A stretch of 63,484 nucleotides of DNA, counting the filler, from Octopus bimaculoides (lineage: Eukaryota): the NCBI RefSeq assembly GCF_001194135.2. It is 5 parts of 5 records of this genome, joined end to end, with 100 filler letters (N's around TTAATTAATTAA, not from the genome) between each part and the next. Parts side by side here need not be neighbours in the genome. Positions count along the whole stretch, not along the records: positions 1 to 20,508 come from NC_068990.1; 4 more parts are not named here. The stretch is one strand, 5' to 3'. Position 1 is the first letter of the stretch. The number at the start of each line of letters is the position of its first letter. The notes beneath the pieces were generated by a model. The model was not told the DNA's origin and did no database searches. It saw only the letters and a program-made list of their open reading frames with translations. Of this stretch, positions 1-13,454 are shown piece after piece. The translations under genes and the position numbers were made by a program.

Positions 1-75
1 TGATGTAAAACAGCGCAGAAGAAAAATAAGAAAATAAACAATTGGAATTATTCAAATTGGTTTAGAAAAAAATCA

Positions 76-79
76 CATG

Positions 80-135
<56 letters not shown>

Positions 136-437
136 CACTTATGTAGTGGGTGTATATATTTGTATGTATAAACAAGAAAAATTAAAGACAACAATGAACT
201 GTTCCTTACCTGTTGTTTAAAGTTGATGGTTAAAACAGTTCCATTATATATACATGTGAGTATGTATGTATATATATATATATATATGATATACAGATAT
301 GTATGTGTATATATTATTTATTTCATATATATTCAATGCATATATATTTATACAAACAAGCACATATATGTATATATAACATAAATATATATAAATAATA
401 TATATAGTGTATGTATGTATGTATGTGTGTCTGTATG

Positions 438-472
<35 letters not shown>

Positions 473-540
473 GTGTGTGTATATATATATATAGGCTATG
501 AATGTGTATGTATATATAATATGTATATATATGTATATTT
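76..540. repeat. (TA)n/(TATG)n compound microsatellite region
   Basis: Long pure and interrupted TA and TATG runs. Confidence 0.9.
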
Positions 541-729
541 TTAGTAATGAGCCCAAGTTGGTAATATAGTATTTTTTTTTAATAGAAAACCCAAGAAGCG
601 AAATAAAACTAAAAAAAAAATGCAAAAGCAGCAGCAGCAGCAGCAACACGACGGTTATCCGTTATAGAAGCAGTCGAGGTTATTATTGTGATAAAACCAA
701 GGATCTGTGGCTAGAACAGGTGCCAGAAT

Positions 730-746
730 TGTCAGAGCCAAAGAGA

Positions 747-783
<37 letters not shown>

Positions 784-2305
784 GAGTATGAGAGTTAAGG
801 GGGGAAGGGGAGGGAAAGTGATAGATAAAGAATAAAAGAGCGAGTGGGGGGCAGAAGTTGAAAGAAGTGATAGAGTAAAAGAATAAAAGGGAAAAAGGTG
901 GTGGTGGTGGTGGGGAAGGTTATAGACAGGCAGAGTAAAAGAGCGAGGGAAAGAATTTAAAAGAAGTGAGAGAGAGAGAGAGAGTATGAGAGTAAAGGCA
1001 GAAGGGGAGGGAGGGAAGTAGACAAAGAGTAAAAGACGGAGGGAGAGAAGTGAGAGAGAGAGAGAATATGAGAGTTAAGGAGGAAAAGGGAGGGAAAAAA
1101 AGAAAGAGATGTGTTAATGGTGGAGGGGGAGTGATTTGAAAGGAGTAAAAGCTATTGAGAGAGGATGGGAGGGTTTTAAAAAAATAGAGACACAAGTGGA
1201 AAATATTAGACGTGTGTATATATATANNNNNNNNNNNNNNNNNNNNNNNNNNNNNNNNNNNNNNNNNNNNNNNNNNNNNNNNNNNNNNNNNNNNNNNNNN
1301 NNNNNNNNNNNNNNNNNNNNNNNNNNNNNNNNNNNNNNNNNNNNNNNNNNNNNNNNNNNNNNNNNNNNNNNNNNNNNNNNNNNNNNNNNNNNNNNNNNNN
1401 NNNNNNNNNNNNNNNNNNNNNNNNNNNNNNNNNNNNNNNNNNNNNNATATATATATAGGTGAGTATGTGTAGTTGTGTATATGTGTGTATATGCTCTTTT
1501 ACCTTTAATCTTTCTCTAGCTCCTGCCTGAGAGCTGCGGCCATGCTGGAGTACCACATACACACACACATATACACATATACACATACACACACATATAC
1601 ACATACACACGCTTTTATACACACTTTTTTTTTCTCTCTCTCTCTCTGTCTCATATATGTGTTCGTGTGTGTGTGTATATGTGTCTGTGTGTTCGTGCGT
1701 GTCTGTGTGGAAAGCGGGATAGAGAGAAAGGAGAAGAGAAAGGTGAGAAGATCGTCGGAAGAATGGATAGAGAGCGGGAAAGAGAGAGGGAGGGAGTGCA
1801 TGGGGTGAAGGCGAAGTTAAGAAAGGGGAGAAAGAAAGCTATAAAGAGGGGCGGAGGAAGTTAGAAAGCCAAAAATATACATACACACGTACATACACAC
1901 AGAAACACGCTCACAAATGCATTAACACACATACACACACGCAGACATATATATATATATATGAGAGGGAGAGAGAAAGAGAAAGATACAGAGAGAGAGA
2001 GAGAGGAAGAGTAAAATATAGAGAGGGAATGGGATTAACTGGGGATAAGGGAGAGAGAGATACAGAGATACATAGAGAGAAATTGGAAAAGTACAGAGAG
2101 CAGAGAGATACAGTCAATGAGAGAGGGGGAATGGAAAGAAGATTGGGAGGAGGAAGTGGAGGAAGAATTAGCAGACGATAGAAATATGGAAAGTTGTAAA
2201 AGAGCGACCGTTGGAGGGGGAGGAAGGTAAAATAAGTGAGAAATTGTATGGGGTGGGTGGAGGTAACGAATATTTATCTATCTATCTATCTAGAAAGAAA
2301 GAAAT

Positions 2306-2336
<31 letters not shown>

Positions 2337-3200
2337 AGGGAAAACGACAACGATAGAAAGACAGATTCAATAGTGAAACTTATGGAAAGGAAGAGAGTAT
2401 TAGAGAGAGAGGGGGAAGAGAAAGAGAGAAGAGAAGAGAAAGAGAGAGAGAGAGACCAAAGAAGAGAGGGAAAGAAAAGAAGCGAGGGTGAGAGAAAGGA
2501 GCGAAGAGAAATACATGGGAATAAGAAGGGAGAGAAAGGTTAAAAATTAATAGGGAGTAGTGTTAGATATACTGATATATAAGACTGGGGACGTGGTGGG
2601 AGGAAGGGTAGAGAAAAGAAATTATGTAAGGAGAGAAAGAGAGGGGGAGGGTTTAAAATCGGTTTTGGGAAAAGAAAGAGGAAAAAGAAAGTAGAAAGAA
2701 AGAAGGAAAGACGTAAGAAAGAAAGAAGGATTGAATGAAAGAATAACATGGATTGCAAGAGAGTAAGAGAGAAAGGGAAGAGATAGGGAAAATGAGGGAG
2801 AAGGAATGGTGGGGAAGAAAGAGAGGAGGAGAATGGGAAAGGGTGATATATGAATTGAAAGGGAAAAGGTAAGAGAGTGAAAGAGAGGGAGGGTGGAGAA
2901 GACGATGTAAAGTTTGTGTGAGTGAGAGTGAGAAATTGAGAAATGATTTGGAGAAATATAGAGCGATGAGAACAAGGGAGAAAGAGAGAGAGAGATTAAG
3001 GATGAACTGAAGGGGTAAAAGAACGAGAGGGTGAGCAAGAAAGAAAGAAAGAAAGAAAGAAAGTGATGGAGAAATAGGAGTAGAAAAACGAGGGAGAGGG
3101 AGGAGAAGCTAAGAGAGAGATCGAAAGAGAAAGAGAGATGAATGTAAGGTGGGGGTGGGATGCAGGAGGAGGGGGAGGAGAAGAAAGGGGGGAAGCTGGA
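730..3200 (+). repeat. Purine-rich (GA/GAAA/GGA) low-complexity tract with degenerate minisatellite units
   Basis: Plus strand is mostly A/G outside TA/CA interruptions and a gap; motif GAG(T/A)ATGAGAGT(T/A)AAGG recurs near 783, 984 and 1065. Confidence 0.8.
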
Positions 3201-3371
3201 GCTGTTTGTTGTTAATAGTGTTTGCTATAGAGTTTAGCAGTCGGTTCGTTGTTGAGTAAAGTGATTTTTAAGGGGAGGGGGAGGTCGTAGTAGTTGTAAT
3301 AGTAGGGTGCCGGTGGTAGTAGAGGTACTAATGGTACTTTCTCTCTCACACACACGGCATTACCATGTTAT

Positions 3372-3403
<32 letters not shown>

Positions 3404-3560
3404 TATATGTATATACACACACACATCTGTATACACATGTATATACATATGTGTATACATTCATATATTTATACACATATTTAGGCACATGAACACAAAT
3501 ACACACACATATATACACATGTATTGTACATATCTACATGGATATATTGTGTGTATATAT

Positions 3561-3893
3561 ATCGACCCCAGGACTTATTCTTTGTAAGCCTAGTACTTAT
3601 TCTATCGGTCTCTTTTGCCGAACCGCTAAGTTACGGGGACGTAAACACACCAGCATCGGTTGTCAGGCAATGCTAGGGGAGGGGGGACAAACACAGACAC
3701 AAACACACACACATATATATATATACATACGACAGGCTTCTTTCAGTTTCCGTCTACCAAATCCACTCACAAGACTTTTGTCGGCCCGAGGCTATAGTAG
3801 AAGACACTTGCCCAAGGTGCCACGTAGTGGGACTGAACCCGGAACCATGTGATTGGTAAGCAAGCTACTTACCACACAACCACTCCTGCGCCT
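3561..3893 (-). mobile_element. tRNA-derived SINE family A (3'-truncated)
   Basis: Minus strand begins AGGCGCAGGAGTGGTTGTGTGG (A box) ... GGTTCAGTCCC (B box), then GCACCTTGGGCAAGTGTCTTC (CORE-like), an internal TA/TG microsatellite and a conserved body shared with more than 10 copies in the window. Confidence 0.85.
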
Positions 3894-4019
3894 ATGTATA
3901 TATATATATATATCGTATATATATATAGTATATATGTACAATTGTATAACTCTCTTTTTCTCTCTCTCATATTTTCCATCTTCTCTCTGTCACTCACCCT
4001 CTCTCTCTTTCTCTCTACA

Positions 4020-5520
4020 CATACGTGATGACTATAGTGGTCGTGGTTGTGGTGATAGTGGAAGTAGAGGTAGTAATAGAGATTATGATGGTAGGAGGAG
4101 TGATGGTGGTGATAGTCACAGTGTGGTGGTAGGGAAAGAAGTCATAGAGTTGTTAGCAGCGATAGCGGGGCGGTGACAGTGATTTGGGGGGGGAAGTTGT
4201 CATAGTAGTGGTGGTGGTGGTGGGTACTTCGCGCCTCTTTGTGCTTACGATGGTGATTTTAGTAGTGATGATGGTTACGGTTAGAGTAATTATGACGATG
4301 GTGGTGATGGTGGTGACAAGGGTGGTGTGTGAGGGCAGGCGATGGAGATACCAACTGATGACAGTGGCGGTGGCGGTGGTGTAATAACAGCTGTAGAAGT
4401 AGTGGTGGTTGTGGTGGCGGTGGGAGTCAGCTGAGAGGAGGAGCTAAGTAGAACTGAGAGAGGAGGAGAAGAAAGAAGAAAGATGAGGGAATGAGTAGGA
4501 GGGAAATCACCACCTCCACCAACACCGCCACAACGACGATACAGTGTAACAGTTGTTGATGATGATGATGATGATGATGGATGTCATTCTTAGGGTGGTG
4601 GTGATGGTGGTGGTGCTCCCATTGAATACGGTGGCGATGTTGACGGGGCAGGCGATAGAGGTGGTGGTGGTGGTGGTGGTGGTAGTGGTGGTGGTGGTGG
4701 TGGTGGTGGTGGTCATGAAGTGAACGCGCATGGTGGTGACATTGATGCTTATGATGATGATGGTGGTGGAAACGTGGCCCCTCCCCCCATTTAAGTCAGA
4801 GAACGAAGACAAATAGGAGGGAGGGGGGAAAGCTGTAAGTGGGTGAAGGCGATGGCGGTGGGAGTACTGAAGCCAACGAAGTCGGCGTTCTGTGTGTGTG
4901 TCTGTGTGTGTGTGTGTGTCCCTGTGTGTGCGTGCGTGTGCGTGTGTGTCTTGGTGCGTGTGTGTGTTTCTGGGTATGTGAATGTGTGTTTGTGCGTGTG
5001 TATGTGTGTGTGTGTATGTGTGTTACCGGGGATGTGTATGTGCGTGTACGTGTGTGTGTGCGTCTTCGTGCGTATATGTGTGTGTGAATGTGTATGTGCG
5101 ATGGTGTGTACGTGTTTCTGGGTATGTGTATGTGCGTGTGTGTGTGTGTATGTGCGTGTGTGTTTGTGCGTGTGTGTGTTTCTGGGGGACGTGAATGTGT
5201 GTGTGCGTGTGCATGTGTGTAGGCGCTGAGGTGAGGTCCAGGTCGTGATGCTGATGAGGGCAGGGGGTGGTAACAATAACGGTGACGCGGAAAAAGGATA
5301 ACGGTGGTGGTGGTGGTGGTTGATGATGATTATGATGCTGTTACTGCTGCTTACGACGATGATGATAATAGCAATATTACTGTAAAGTGAAGATGGTGGT
5401 GGTGGTGGTAAAGATGGCGGTGGTGACAGAGGGGAAGATAGTGATGACGACGACAATGACGATGATGTTGATGATGATGGTGGTAGTAGTAGTGACGGCA
5501 GTGGCTGTGACGTCATCGTT
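4020..5520 (+). repeat. (GGT)n/(GAT)n/(GT)n compound low-complexity region
   Basis: Alternating trinucleotide and GT tracts; explains the His/Thr/Val/Cys-rich ORFs. Confidence 0.85.
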
Positions 5521-5720
5521 TTTAAGTGTGAGTTAACAAGTCATGGTCAAAGGTGAAAGATTCTTTCAAACGCCTCCCCCCTCACCGCCACGGTCCCCCC
5601 CGCCACCGATATCATACCATCACCTTCACCATCACGACTGTCAAACCGTCCCACGACGACCACCACCACCGGTAACAGCAGCCAAAGGTCCCTCTAACCA
5701 CCCCTACTATCTTAATAATA

Positions 5721-5988
5721 ATTCTTTTATTCTTTATTCTTTTACTTGTTTCAGTCATTTGATTGCGGCCATGCTGGAGCAAATCGACCCCGGGACTTAT
5801 TCTTTGTAAGCCTAGTACTTATTCTATCGGTCTCTTTTGCCGAACCGCACGGTGACGGGGACATAAACACACCCGCATCGGTTGTCAAGCAATGCTAGGG
5901 GGACAAACACAGACACACAAACATATACACACACATACATATATACGACGGGCTTCTTTCAGTTTCCGTCTACCAAATCCACTCACAA
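5721..5988 (-). mobile_element. SINE family A, partial copy ending at a 10-N gap
   Basis: Same tail (ATTCTTT)n and body as the other copies; shares private variants with the copy at 5999-6377. Confidence 0.8.
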
Positions 5989-5998
5989 NNNNNNNNNN

Positions 5999-6377
5999 TT
6001 TTATTCTTTATTCTTTTACTTGTTTCAGTCATTTGATTGCGGCCATGCTGGAGCAAATCGACCCCGGGACTTATTCTTTGTAAGCCTAGTACTTATTCTA
6101 TCGGTCTCTTTTGCCGAACCGCACGGTGACGGGGACATAAACACACCCGCATCGGTTGTCAAGCAATGCTAGGGGGACAAACACAGACACACAAACATAT
6201 ACACACACATACATATATACGACGGGCTTCTTTCAGTTTCCGTCTACCAAATCCACTCACAAGGCTTTGGTCGGCTCGAGGCTATAGTAGAAGACACTTG
6301 CCCAAGGTGCCACACGGTGGGACTGAACCCGGAACTATGTGGTTCGTATGCAAGCTACTTACCACACAGCCACTCCT
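5999..6377 (-). mobile_element. SINE family A, near full length
   Basis: tRNA head with A/B boxes at the right end and TCTTT tail at the left end. Confidence 0.85.
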
Positions 6378-6400
6378 ACATATACATACACACATATATA

Positions 6401-6640
6401 TTATTCTCTTATTCTTTTATTCTTTTACTTGTTTCAGTCATTTGACTGCGGCCATGCTGGAGCACCACCTTAAGGGGTTTTTAGTCGAAGAAATGGGCCC
6501 CAGGACTTAATCTTTGTAAGCCTGATACTTATTCTATCGGTCTCTTTTGCCGAACCGCTGGATTACGGGGGACATAAACACACCAACATTGGTTACCAAA
6601 CGACGGTGGGGTTACAAACTCAAACACAAAGACACGCACA
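6401..6640 (-). mobile_element. SINE family A, 3' half
   Basis: Tail and body match; runs into (CA)n and a gap. Confidence 0.75.
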
Positions 6641-6654
6641 CGTAGATACACACA

Positions 6655-6710
<56 letters not shown>

Positions 6711-7175
6711 NNNNNNNNNNNNNNNNNNNNNNNNNNNNNNNNNNNNNNNNNNNNNNNNNNNNNNNNNNNNNNNNNNNNNNNNNNNNNNNNNNNNNNNNNN
6801 NNNNNNNNNNNNNNNNNNNNNNNNNNNNNNNNNNNNNNNNNNNNNNNNNNNNNNNNNNNNNNNNNNNNNNNNNNNNNNNNNNNNNNNNNNNNNNNNNNNN
6901 NNNNNNNNNNNNNNNNNNNNNNNNNNNNNNNNNNNNNNNNNNNNNNNNNNNNNNNNNNNNNNNNNNNNNNNNNNNNNNNNNNNNNNNNNNNNNNNNNNNN
7001 NNNNNNNNNNNNNNNNNNNNNNNNNNNNNNNNNNNNNNNNNNNNNNNNNNNNNNNNNNNNNNNNNNNNNNNNACCAGCATATAAAAATATAGACCTATTA
7101 AGGTGAAATCATAAGCACAATTATAATTAAGAGCAGAGAAAAACGAATTTTTTTCTATGCCTTTAATTATATATA

Positions 7176-7546
7176 CAGGGTGATTCAAAAGTCTCCATAC
7201 AGAGGAGAAATTTATTTTTCTATAAGAGACAGTTTGTAAGATCCCCTAGATCCTCTGATCTGACCCCCTCTTGATTTCTATCTTGGGGGGCATTTGAAAG
7301 GCATGGTGTATCGCGGAAAGATAAAAGACTTAAATCATTTGAAGGAACACATCACCAACTCCTTTGCACACGTATCACCAGATGTGTTATTACGAGTTCA
7401 CAATGAGTGGGGTAAACGTATTGCAATGTGTATTCAAAACAATGGTAACCATATAGAGCCTGTTAAATAAAAAAAACTGTTCTTATAAACTGTTTCTTAT
7501 AAAAAGATAAATTGTTCCTCTGTAGGGTGACTTTTGAATCACCCTG
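7176..7546 (+). mobile_element. Internally deleted Tc1/mariner-superfamily element (maT/rosa-like) with both TIRs
   Basis: TA|CAGGGTGATTCAAAAGTC ... GACTTTTGAATCACCCTG|TA with ~50-bp imperfect TIRs; interior translates PPRSSDLTP(fs)LDFYLxGHLKGMVY...RIAMCIQNNGNHIE*, a transposase C-terminus. Confidence 0.9.
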
Positions 7547-7744
7547 TATAATGATATCCATGGGGCAGCTGATGATGGAGGTACGTTGGATTGTTGGTAT
7601 AGCTGTGGAATAGTATTATAACACATCCTTTTAGTATATATATATGTATAAACTGAATAGCGTAACCAGTCATTGAGCGATGACGGAAATATCATAAGAG
7701 AGATTTGTCACCCATGTCTGTTCGCAGCGTCTGCCTTTCCGGTC

Positions 7745-7790
7745 TCTGCTGCTGAAGAGAAGGTAAGTATTCCGAAATGCGTCCCACAGT
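7745..7790 (+). ncRNA. Candidate degenerate minimal hammerhead ribozyme motif
   Basis: CTGAAGA 7752-7758, weak stem II (GAA/TTC plus an extra C), GAAA 7774-7777, TGC-GTC triplet to 7783; stem I only 4/6 paired. Confidence 0.3.
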
Positions 7791-7981
7791 CTGGTTAGGG
7801 AGCGCTGTGAACTGACTTGGAGTGTTTGCAATAATTTGTCGACAGTGAAAAATTTTCTCCATCACAAAATACAGTGAATGACTTTCTTACGGGTTCGAAT
7901 ATGCTTTAGGCATATTTGAACTGGTAACACGTTTGTATTTATACATATTAGTACTTAGTGCTGTTCCATCACGCGCACGCG

Positions 7982-8017
<36 letters not shown>

Positions 8018-9007
8018 NNNNNNNNNNNNNNNNNNNNNNNNNNNNNNNNNNNNNNNNNNNNNNNNNNNNNNNNNNNNNNNNNNNNNNNNNNNNNNNNNNN
8101 NNNNNNNNNNNNNNNNNATCTATCTATCTATCTATCTATCCTAATATGCTAAATGTAGACTCCATATGGTCTGACCACCAAGAAAAAATTTTCTTAGTGG
8201 TCAGACCGTTTGGGGTCTATCTATAGCATATTTGGAGTCCACTTAGTGGTCATTCCTCTTATATGTATGTAATATAATTTTCAGAATCTTCAGATTTTTT
8301 TCAGTATGCTAGACCACTGGTTTAAATTGATATNNNNNNNNNNNNNNNNNNNNNNNNNNNNNNNNNNNNNNNNNNNNNNNNNNNNNNNNNNNNNNNNNNN
8401 NNNNNNNNNNNNNNNNNNNNNNNNNNNNNNNNNNNNNNNNNNNNNNNNNNNNNNNNNNNNNNNNNNNNNNNNNNNNNNNNNNNNNNNNNNNNNNNNNNNN
8501 NNNNNNNNNNNNNNNNNNNNNNNNNNNNNNNNNNNNNNNNNNNNNNNNNNTATATATATATATGTACACAAACACACACATGTATATACATGCATATATA
8601 CATATATACATTATATATACAATATATTATATGTGAGTGTGGAGGGGTGTTTACAAGCTGATTTCCAATCATGAATTGAAGCACGTAGCAATCTCGATGT
8701 GCTGTGTGCTTACTTTTGCTCTCAGAATTGCTTGTTGTTTAATGTATGGAACCAATCTGGATGTATATATAATATTAATATATATACACATATAAACATC
8801 ATACATGCAGACCTGTGCTTACAGAGAGATACATATATGATCTCTCTAAGTATCTCCCTACATAAAGCCCCAGCTTTCTCTCTCTCTCTCTCTCTCCCTC
8901 TCTCCCTACCAAGCCAGTCCATCCAACCATTAAATCCGTCCATCGCATCTATTATCTGTTTATACAACCAACCATCCAACCATCTGCCATATACCTGCCA
9001 TCTATCC

Positions 9008-9046
<39 letters not shown>

Positions 9047-9430
9047 CATTCCTTCCTTCCTACCTTCTTTCTTTCTTTCTTTATTTCTTTCTTTCGTTCT
9101 TTCTTTCTTTTTTCTTTCTTGTTTTCTTTCTTTCTTTCCTCCTTCCAAACTTTCTTTCTTTAAACTTCCAAATCTTCAATATATTTAACAAAAATCTGCT
9201 AGGGCTCTGCTCAGTTACTCCCAGATTACGTGCATGAATACACTCACAAGCTCGTGTACGTGTGCATACATGCATAATTATTTCTAACCAATTTCTTTTT
9301 ACATGCACACACACACACACACACACACAAGTATGTAGATATGTAAAAATACACACACATGCATGTATATGTATAAACATACATATAGACTGTGTAAATG
9401 TGCTTGTCAGTGTGTTATAGTCATCTCTCA

Positions 9431-9462
<32 letters not shown>

Positions 9463-9586
9463 GTCTGTTTACTTATCTATCTATCTATCTACCCACCCAC
9501 CTACTTACCTACTTACCTACCTACCTAACCTCCCACCTATCTATCTATCTATCTATCTATCCATCCATCCATCCATCCATCCATCC

Positions 9587-9622
<36 letters not shown>

Positions 9623-10260
9623 CTCTATCTATCTATCTATCTATTTATCTACCTATCTATCTATCTANNNNNNNNNNNNNNNNNNNNNNNNNNNNNNNNN
9701 NNNNNNNNNNNNNNNNNNNNNNNNNNNNNNNNNNNNNNNNNNNNNNNNNNNNNNNNNNNNNNNNNNNNNNNNNNNNNNNNNNNNNNNNNNNNNNNNNNNN
9801 NNNNNNNNNNNNNNNNNNNNNNNNNNNNNNNNNNNNNNNNNNNNNNNNNNNNNNNNNNNNNNNNNNNNNNNNNNNNNNNNNNNNNNNNNNNNNNNNNNNN
9901 NNNNNNNNNNNNNNNNNNNNNNNNNNNNNNNNNNNNNNNNNNNNNNNNNNNNNNNNNNNNNNNNNNNNNNNNNNNNNNNNNNNNNNNNNNNNNNNNNNNN
10001 NNNNNNNNNNNNNNNNNNNNNNNNNNNNNNNNNNNNNNNNNNNNNNNNNNNNNNNNNNNNCACCTATCTATCTATCTATCTATCTATCCATCCATCCATC
10101 CATCCATCCATCTATCTATCTATCTATTTTAATATTTTTTTTTAATCGTTTTATTTTTGTTCCTGCTGGATCCTACTTGTCTGTCCATGACAGCTTTCCT
10201 TTCAATTCAGCTGCAATCACTTTCCTCATTTTCTCAACGTTCATCCCCGGGATGGAGCAA

Positions 10261-10845
10261 AAGTTTAGCTGAACTTAAAGAACACATTCTACTTAGCCAT
10301 GCAGGAGAGAACTCCTGAAATGCTTCAGAATGTCTTTTGCAATGCTAAGGATAGATTTGAAAATTGCAGCGATACAGACGGAGCACATGTTACTCTTTTA
10401 CACTTTTACTTGTTTCAGTCATTTGACTGCAGCCATGCTAGAGCATTGCCTTTAGTCGAGCAAATCGACCCCAGGACTTACTGTTTGGAAGCAAGCCTAG
10501 TACTTATTCTATCGGTCACTTTTACTGAACCACTAAGTTACGGGGACGTAAACACACCAGCATTGGTTGTCAAGCAATGTTGGGAGGACAAACACAGACA
10601 CACAAATATATACACACACATACATACATATATATACATATACATATATATATATATATACATATATATGATGGGCTTCTTTCAGTTTCCATCTACCAAA
10701 TCCACTCACAAGGCTTTGGTCGACCCGAGGCTATAGTACAAGACACTTGTCCAAGGTGCCACGCAGTGGGACTGAACCCAGAACCATGTGGTTGGTAAGC
10801 AAGCTACTTACCACAGAGTCACTCCTATGCCTATGAACAAAAATA
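10261..10845 (+). pseudogene. Tc1/mariner-superfamily transposase C-terminal remnant split by a SINE
   Basis: SLAELKEHILL(fs)AMQERTPEMLQNVFCNAKDRFENCSDTDGAHV before the SINE and EQK* after it, matching the LKxxI...RxxxCIxxxGxHxE terminus. Confidence 0.55.
10391..10832 (-). mobile_element. SINE family A, full length
   Basis: Complete head-to-tail match to the other copies. Confidence 0.88.
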
Positions 10846-11134
10846 AATAACAAAAACAATAAGGCCTTGTTTATAAAAGAATTTTGGGCCTGGTTTTGCA
10901 CCCCTTAATCAAATTTCCTTTCCAAGTCAGGGGCAGTCATAGGAAAGGGAGTTTGGATGAGGAAATGATGATGCTGTCAGGACACAAATAAGGTGGAGGT
11001 GCAGTCCTGGCTGTGGCGTGGGTTGCAGCTATGGCGCAAAGGCATAGGTGAAGAGTCTGAGCATGTGAAAGATTGAATGAAAGTACCCACTTCAGCCAGC
11101 GACACATGCAGTGGTGAGGAGTAGGTGTATAAGA

Positions 11135-11234
11135 GCAAGCATGGTTGGTGATGGGAAAGGCATCCAGCCATTGAGAATCTGCTTCAACAAATTCTGTCCA
11201 ACCCATGCAAGCATGGCAAAATGAACATTAGAAC

Positions 11235-11291
<57 letters not shown>

Positions 11292-11330
11292 GATGATGAT
11301 GATAATCATGGTGATGGTGATGATGATGAT
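11135..11330 (+). mobile_element. (GAT)n-tailed retroposon family H, 3' end
   Basis: GGTTGG..GGGAAAGGCATCCAGC ... GTCCAACCCATGCAAGCATGG ... (GAT)n, shared with copies at 13.5, 15.1, 16.6, 17.6, 18.1, 18.6 and 30.9 kb. Confidence 0.7.
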
Positions 11331-11666
11331 GTTGGCGACAATCATATTTATTATAACTTAAACGTAATAATTTAATTAAATTTTTAAAATATAACTTCTA
11401 ATCACTCATATTTACTAAACAGCTTAATTAAAACTCTCATTTAATTAGATGTGTTCATCATATTATAACTTAACGTGGGGATGTAATTGTGTATCTCTGT
11501 GTGTGTATGTGTGTGCGTGTGTGTGTATGTGTGTGTGAGAGAGAGAGAGAGTGTGTGTATGTGTTGCGATGTATGTGTTAATGTTTTATGTGTGTGTGTG
11601 ATTGTGTGCATGTATGTGTATTTGTATGTGTGGAGTATGCGTGTATATGGGTATATGTAAATATGA

Positions 11667-11697
<31 letters not shown>

Positions 11698-12044
11698 CTG
11701 TATCTTTGTGTATGTACACGTGTGTTTGTGTGTGTCTGTATCTTTGTGTATGTACAAGTGTGTTTGTGTGTGTCTGTATGTGTGTGTCTGCATGTGTGTG
11801 TATGTCTATGTGTGTGTCTGTGTTTGTTTGTTTGTGTTTGTGAGTTTGTGTGTCTATGTGTGTGTGTGTGTTTGTGCATGTATGTGTGTGAGTGTGTGTA
11901 TGTGTGTGAGTGTGTGGTGTGATGTTTGCATCAAAATTTTATGTGTATATATATGTGCATGTCAGTGTGTTCATGTATAGGTAATTTTTGTATGTATGTG
12001 TATGTGTGTGTATGCGTGTGTCAATGAGTGTATATCTGTATGTT

Positions 12045-12077
<33 letters not shown>

Positions 12078-12560
12078 CCAGAATAAATTCTCAAATTGGA
12101 GGAGGGCAGTAAAGATAACTTTCAAAGGTTGACAGAGTGACCAGCTCCACTACCCTACCCCCGCCAACTCGCACCACTGGCCCCTCCAGCTCCCTTGACT
12201 GTTCCTGACGGAAGTTGTTGAAGTCCCAGTAATGCAGCCTGGTTTATGTGAACAACGAGATTGAAGTGAAGCGGGTGACACAACTGTAACAGCTCTCCCA
12301 GGAAGGGATTCGTCACCTGACAAGCATCACTTTCACGACACACACACACACACACACACACACATGCATATACACATATATATGTATGTATATATATATA
12401 TATATATATATATGCATGTATATACATATATATATATATATATATANNNNNNNNNNNNNNNNNNNNNNNNNNNNNNNNNNNNNNNNNNNNNNNNNNNNNN
12501 NNNNNNNNNNNNNNNNNNNNNNNNNNNNNNNTATATAAATATTTATACACAGACACACAC

Positions 12561-12608
<48 letters not shown>

Positions 12609-13454
12609 GTGTGTGTGTGTGTACATATATATGTACACTCATATATGCATACATATATACATACGTATCTACATTTATATGTATGTATACTTAAAAGTTT
12701 TCTGCGAAAGATACCAAATACAGTCACACAATATTTGAAGAGAGATTCTCTTGGCTTTTTAGCATTTAAACTGGTCACATCCAGTTCAAACCAAGCAGAT
12801 CCAGCCTCTCACACCTACCCTGCAATGTCATTCTAAAAGCAAACAATCCGATTGTTGAAATTTAGAAAGTGCAAAACAATGCACTTTTGATGCAGGATTA
12901 ATTCAAAACAATGTGCATAAATGACCATCACCCTTGACTGAGAGTCATCTGCATGCTATAGTGTCAAAATGGAAATTATTAACTATTTATGTAATGTCTC
13001 AGATAACCAGAATGACACAAACCTGCTGGTCGTGCCACCCCACATCTTCTGCATCCCTGAATCTCCTCTGATTTATGGCTCTTTGTTCATCCACCCTTCA
13101 TCCTTAAACCATTCTGGCGTTCCATCTTCCCTTTTCCCTCCCCTCATTCTCTTTCCCATACAATCTTTCAAACCGATTCATGAGGTCACCCTGTGTCCTG
13201 TTGGGGCCACTAAACCACACTATTGCCATCATCTATCTCTTGCAGGTCCCTACTGATGATTTTTCTCTTTCTCGCCCCTTCTCCTACAAGATGTGAGTAG
13301 CCATGCAGATCTCCTACAAGAACCTGCACTACTCACCTCCCCACTGCCCACGTCCACTTCTCATTGTTCAATTCTTGTGTCCCCCCTAGCATGAAACTGA
13401 CCCCCACCCAAAGAGTTTTGTAGTTCTGCAAACTGCATGGCAACTGCAATAGTG

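Noticed and set aside
5721-6260. Apparent tandem duplication of SINE A
   Set aside because: Two copies with the same private variants flank a 10-N gap; most likely an unmerged contig overlap.
12155-12320. Minus-strand exon VTNPFLGELLQLCHPLHFNL...
   Set aside because: An acceptor-like site exists, but two frames are open, no homology is recognised, and the long ORF is inflated by microsatellites and Ns.
13246-13292. 47-nt exon with AG/GTGAGT boundaries
   Set aside because: Short, with no partner exons; expected by chance in pyrimidine-rich DNA.
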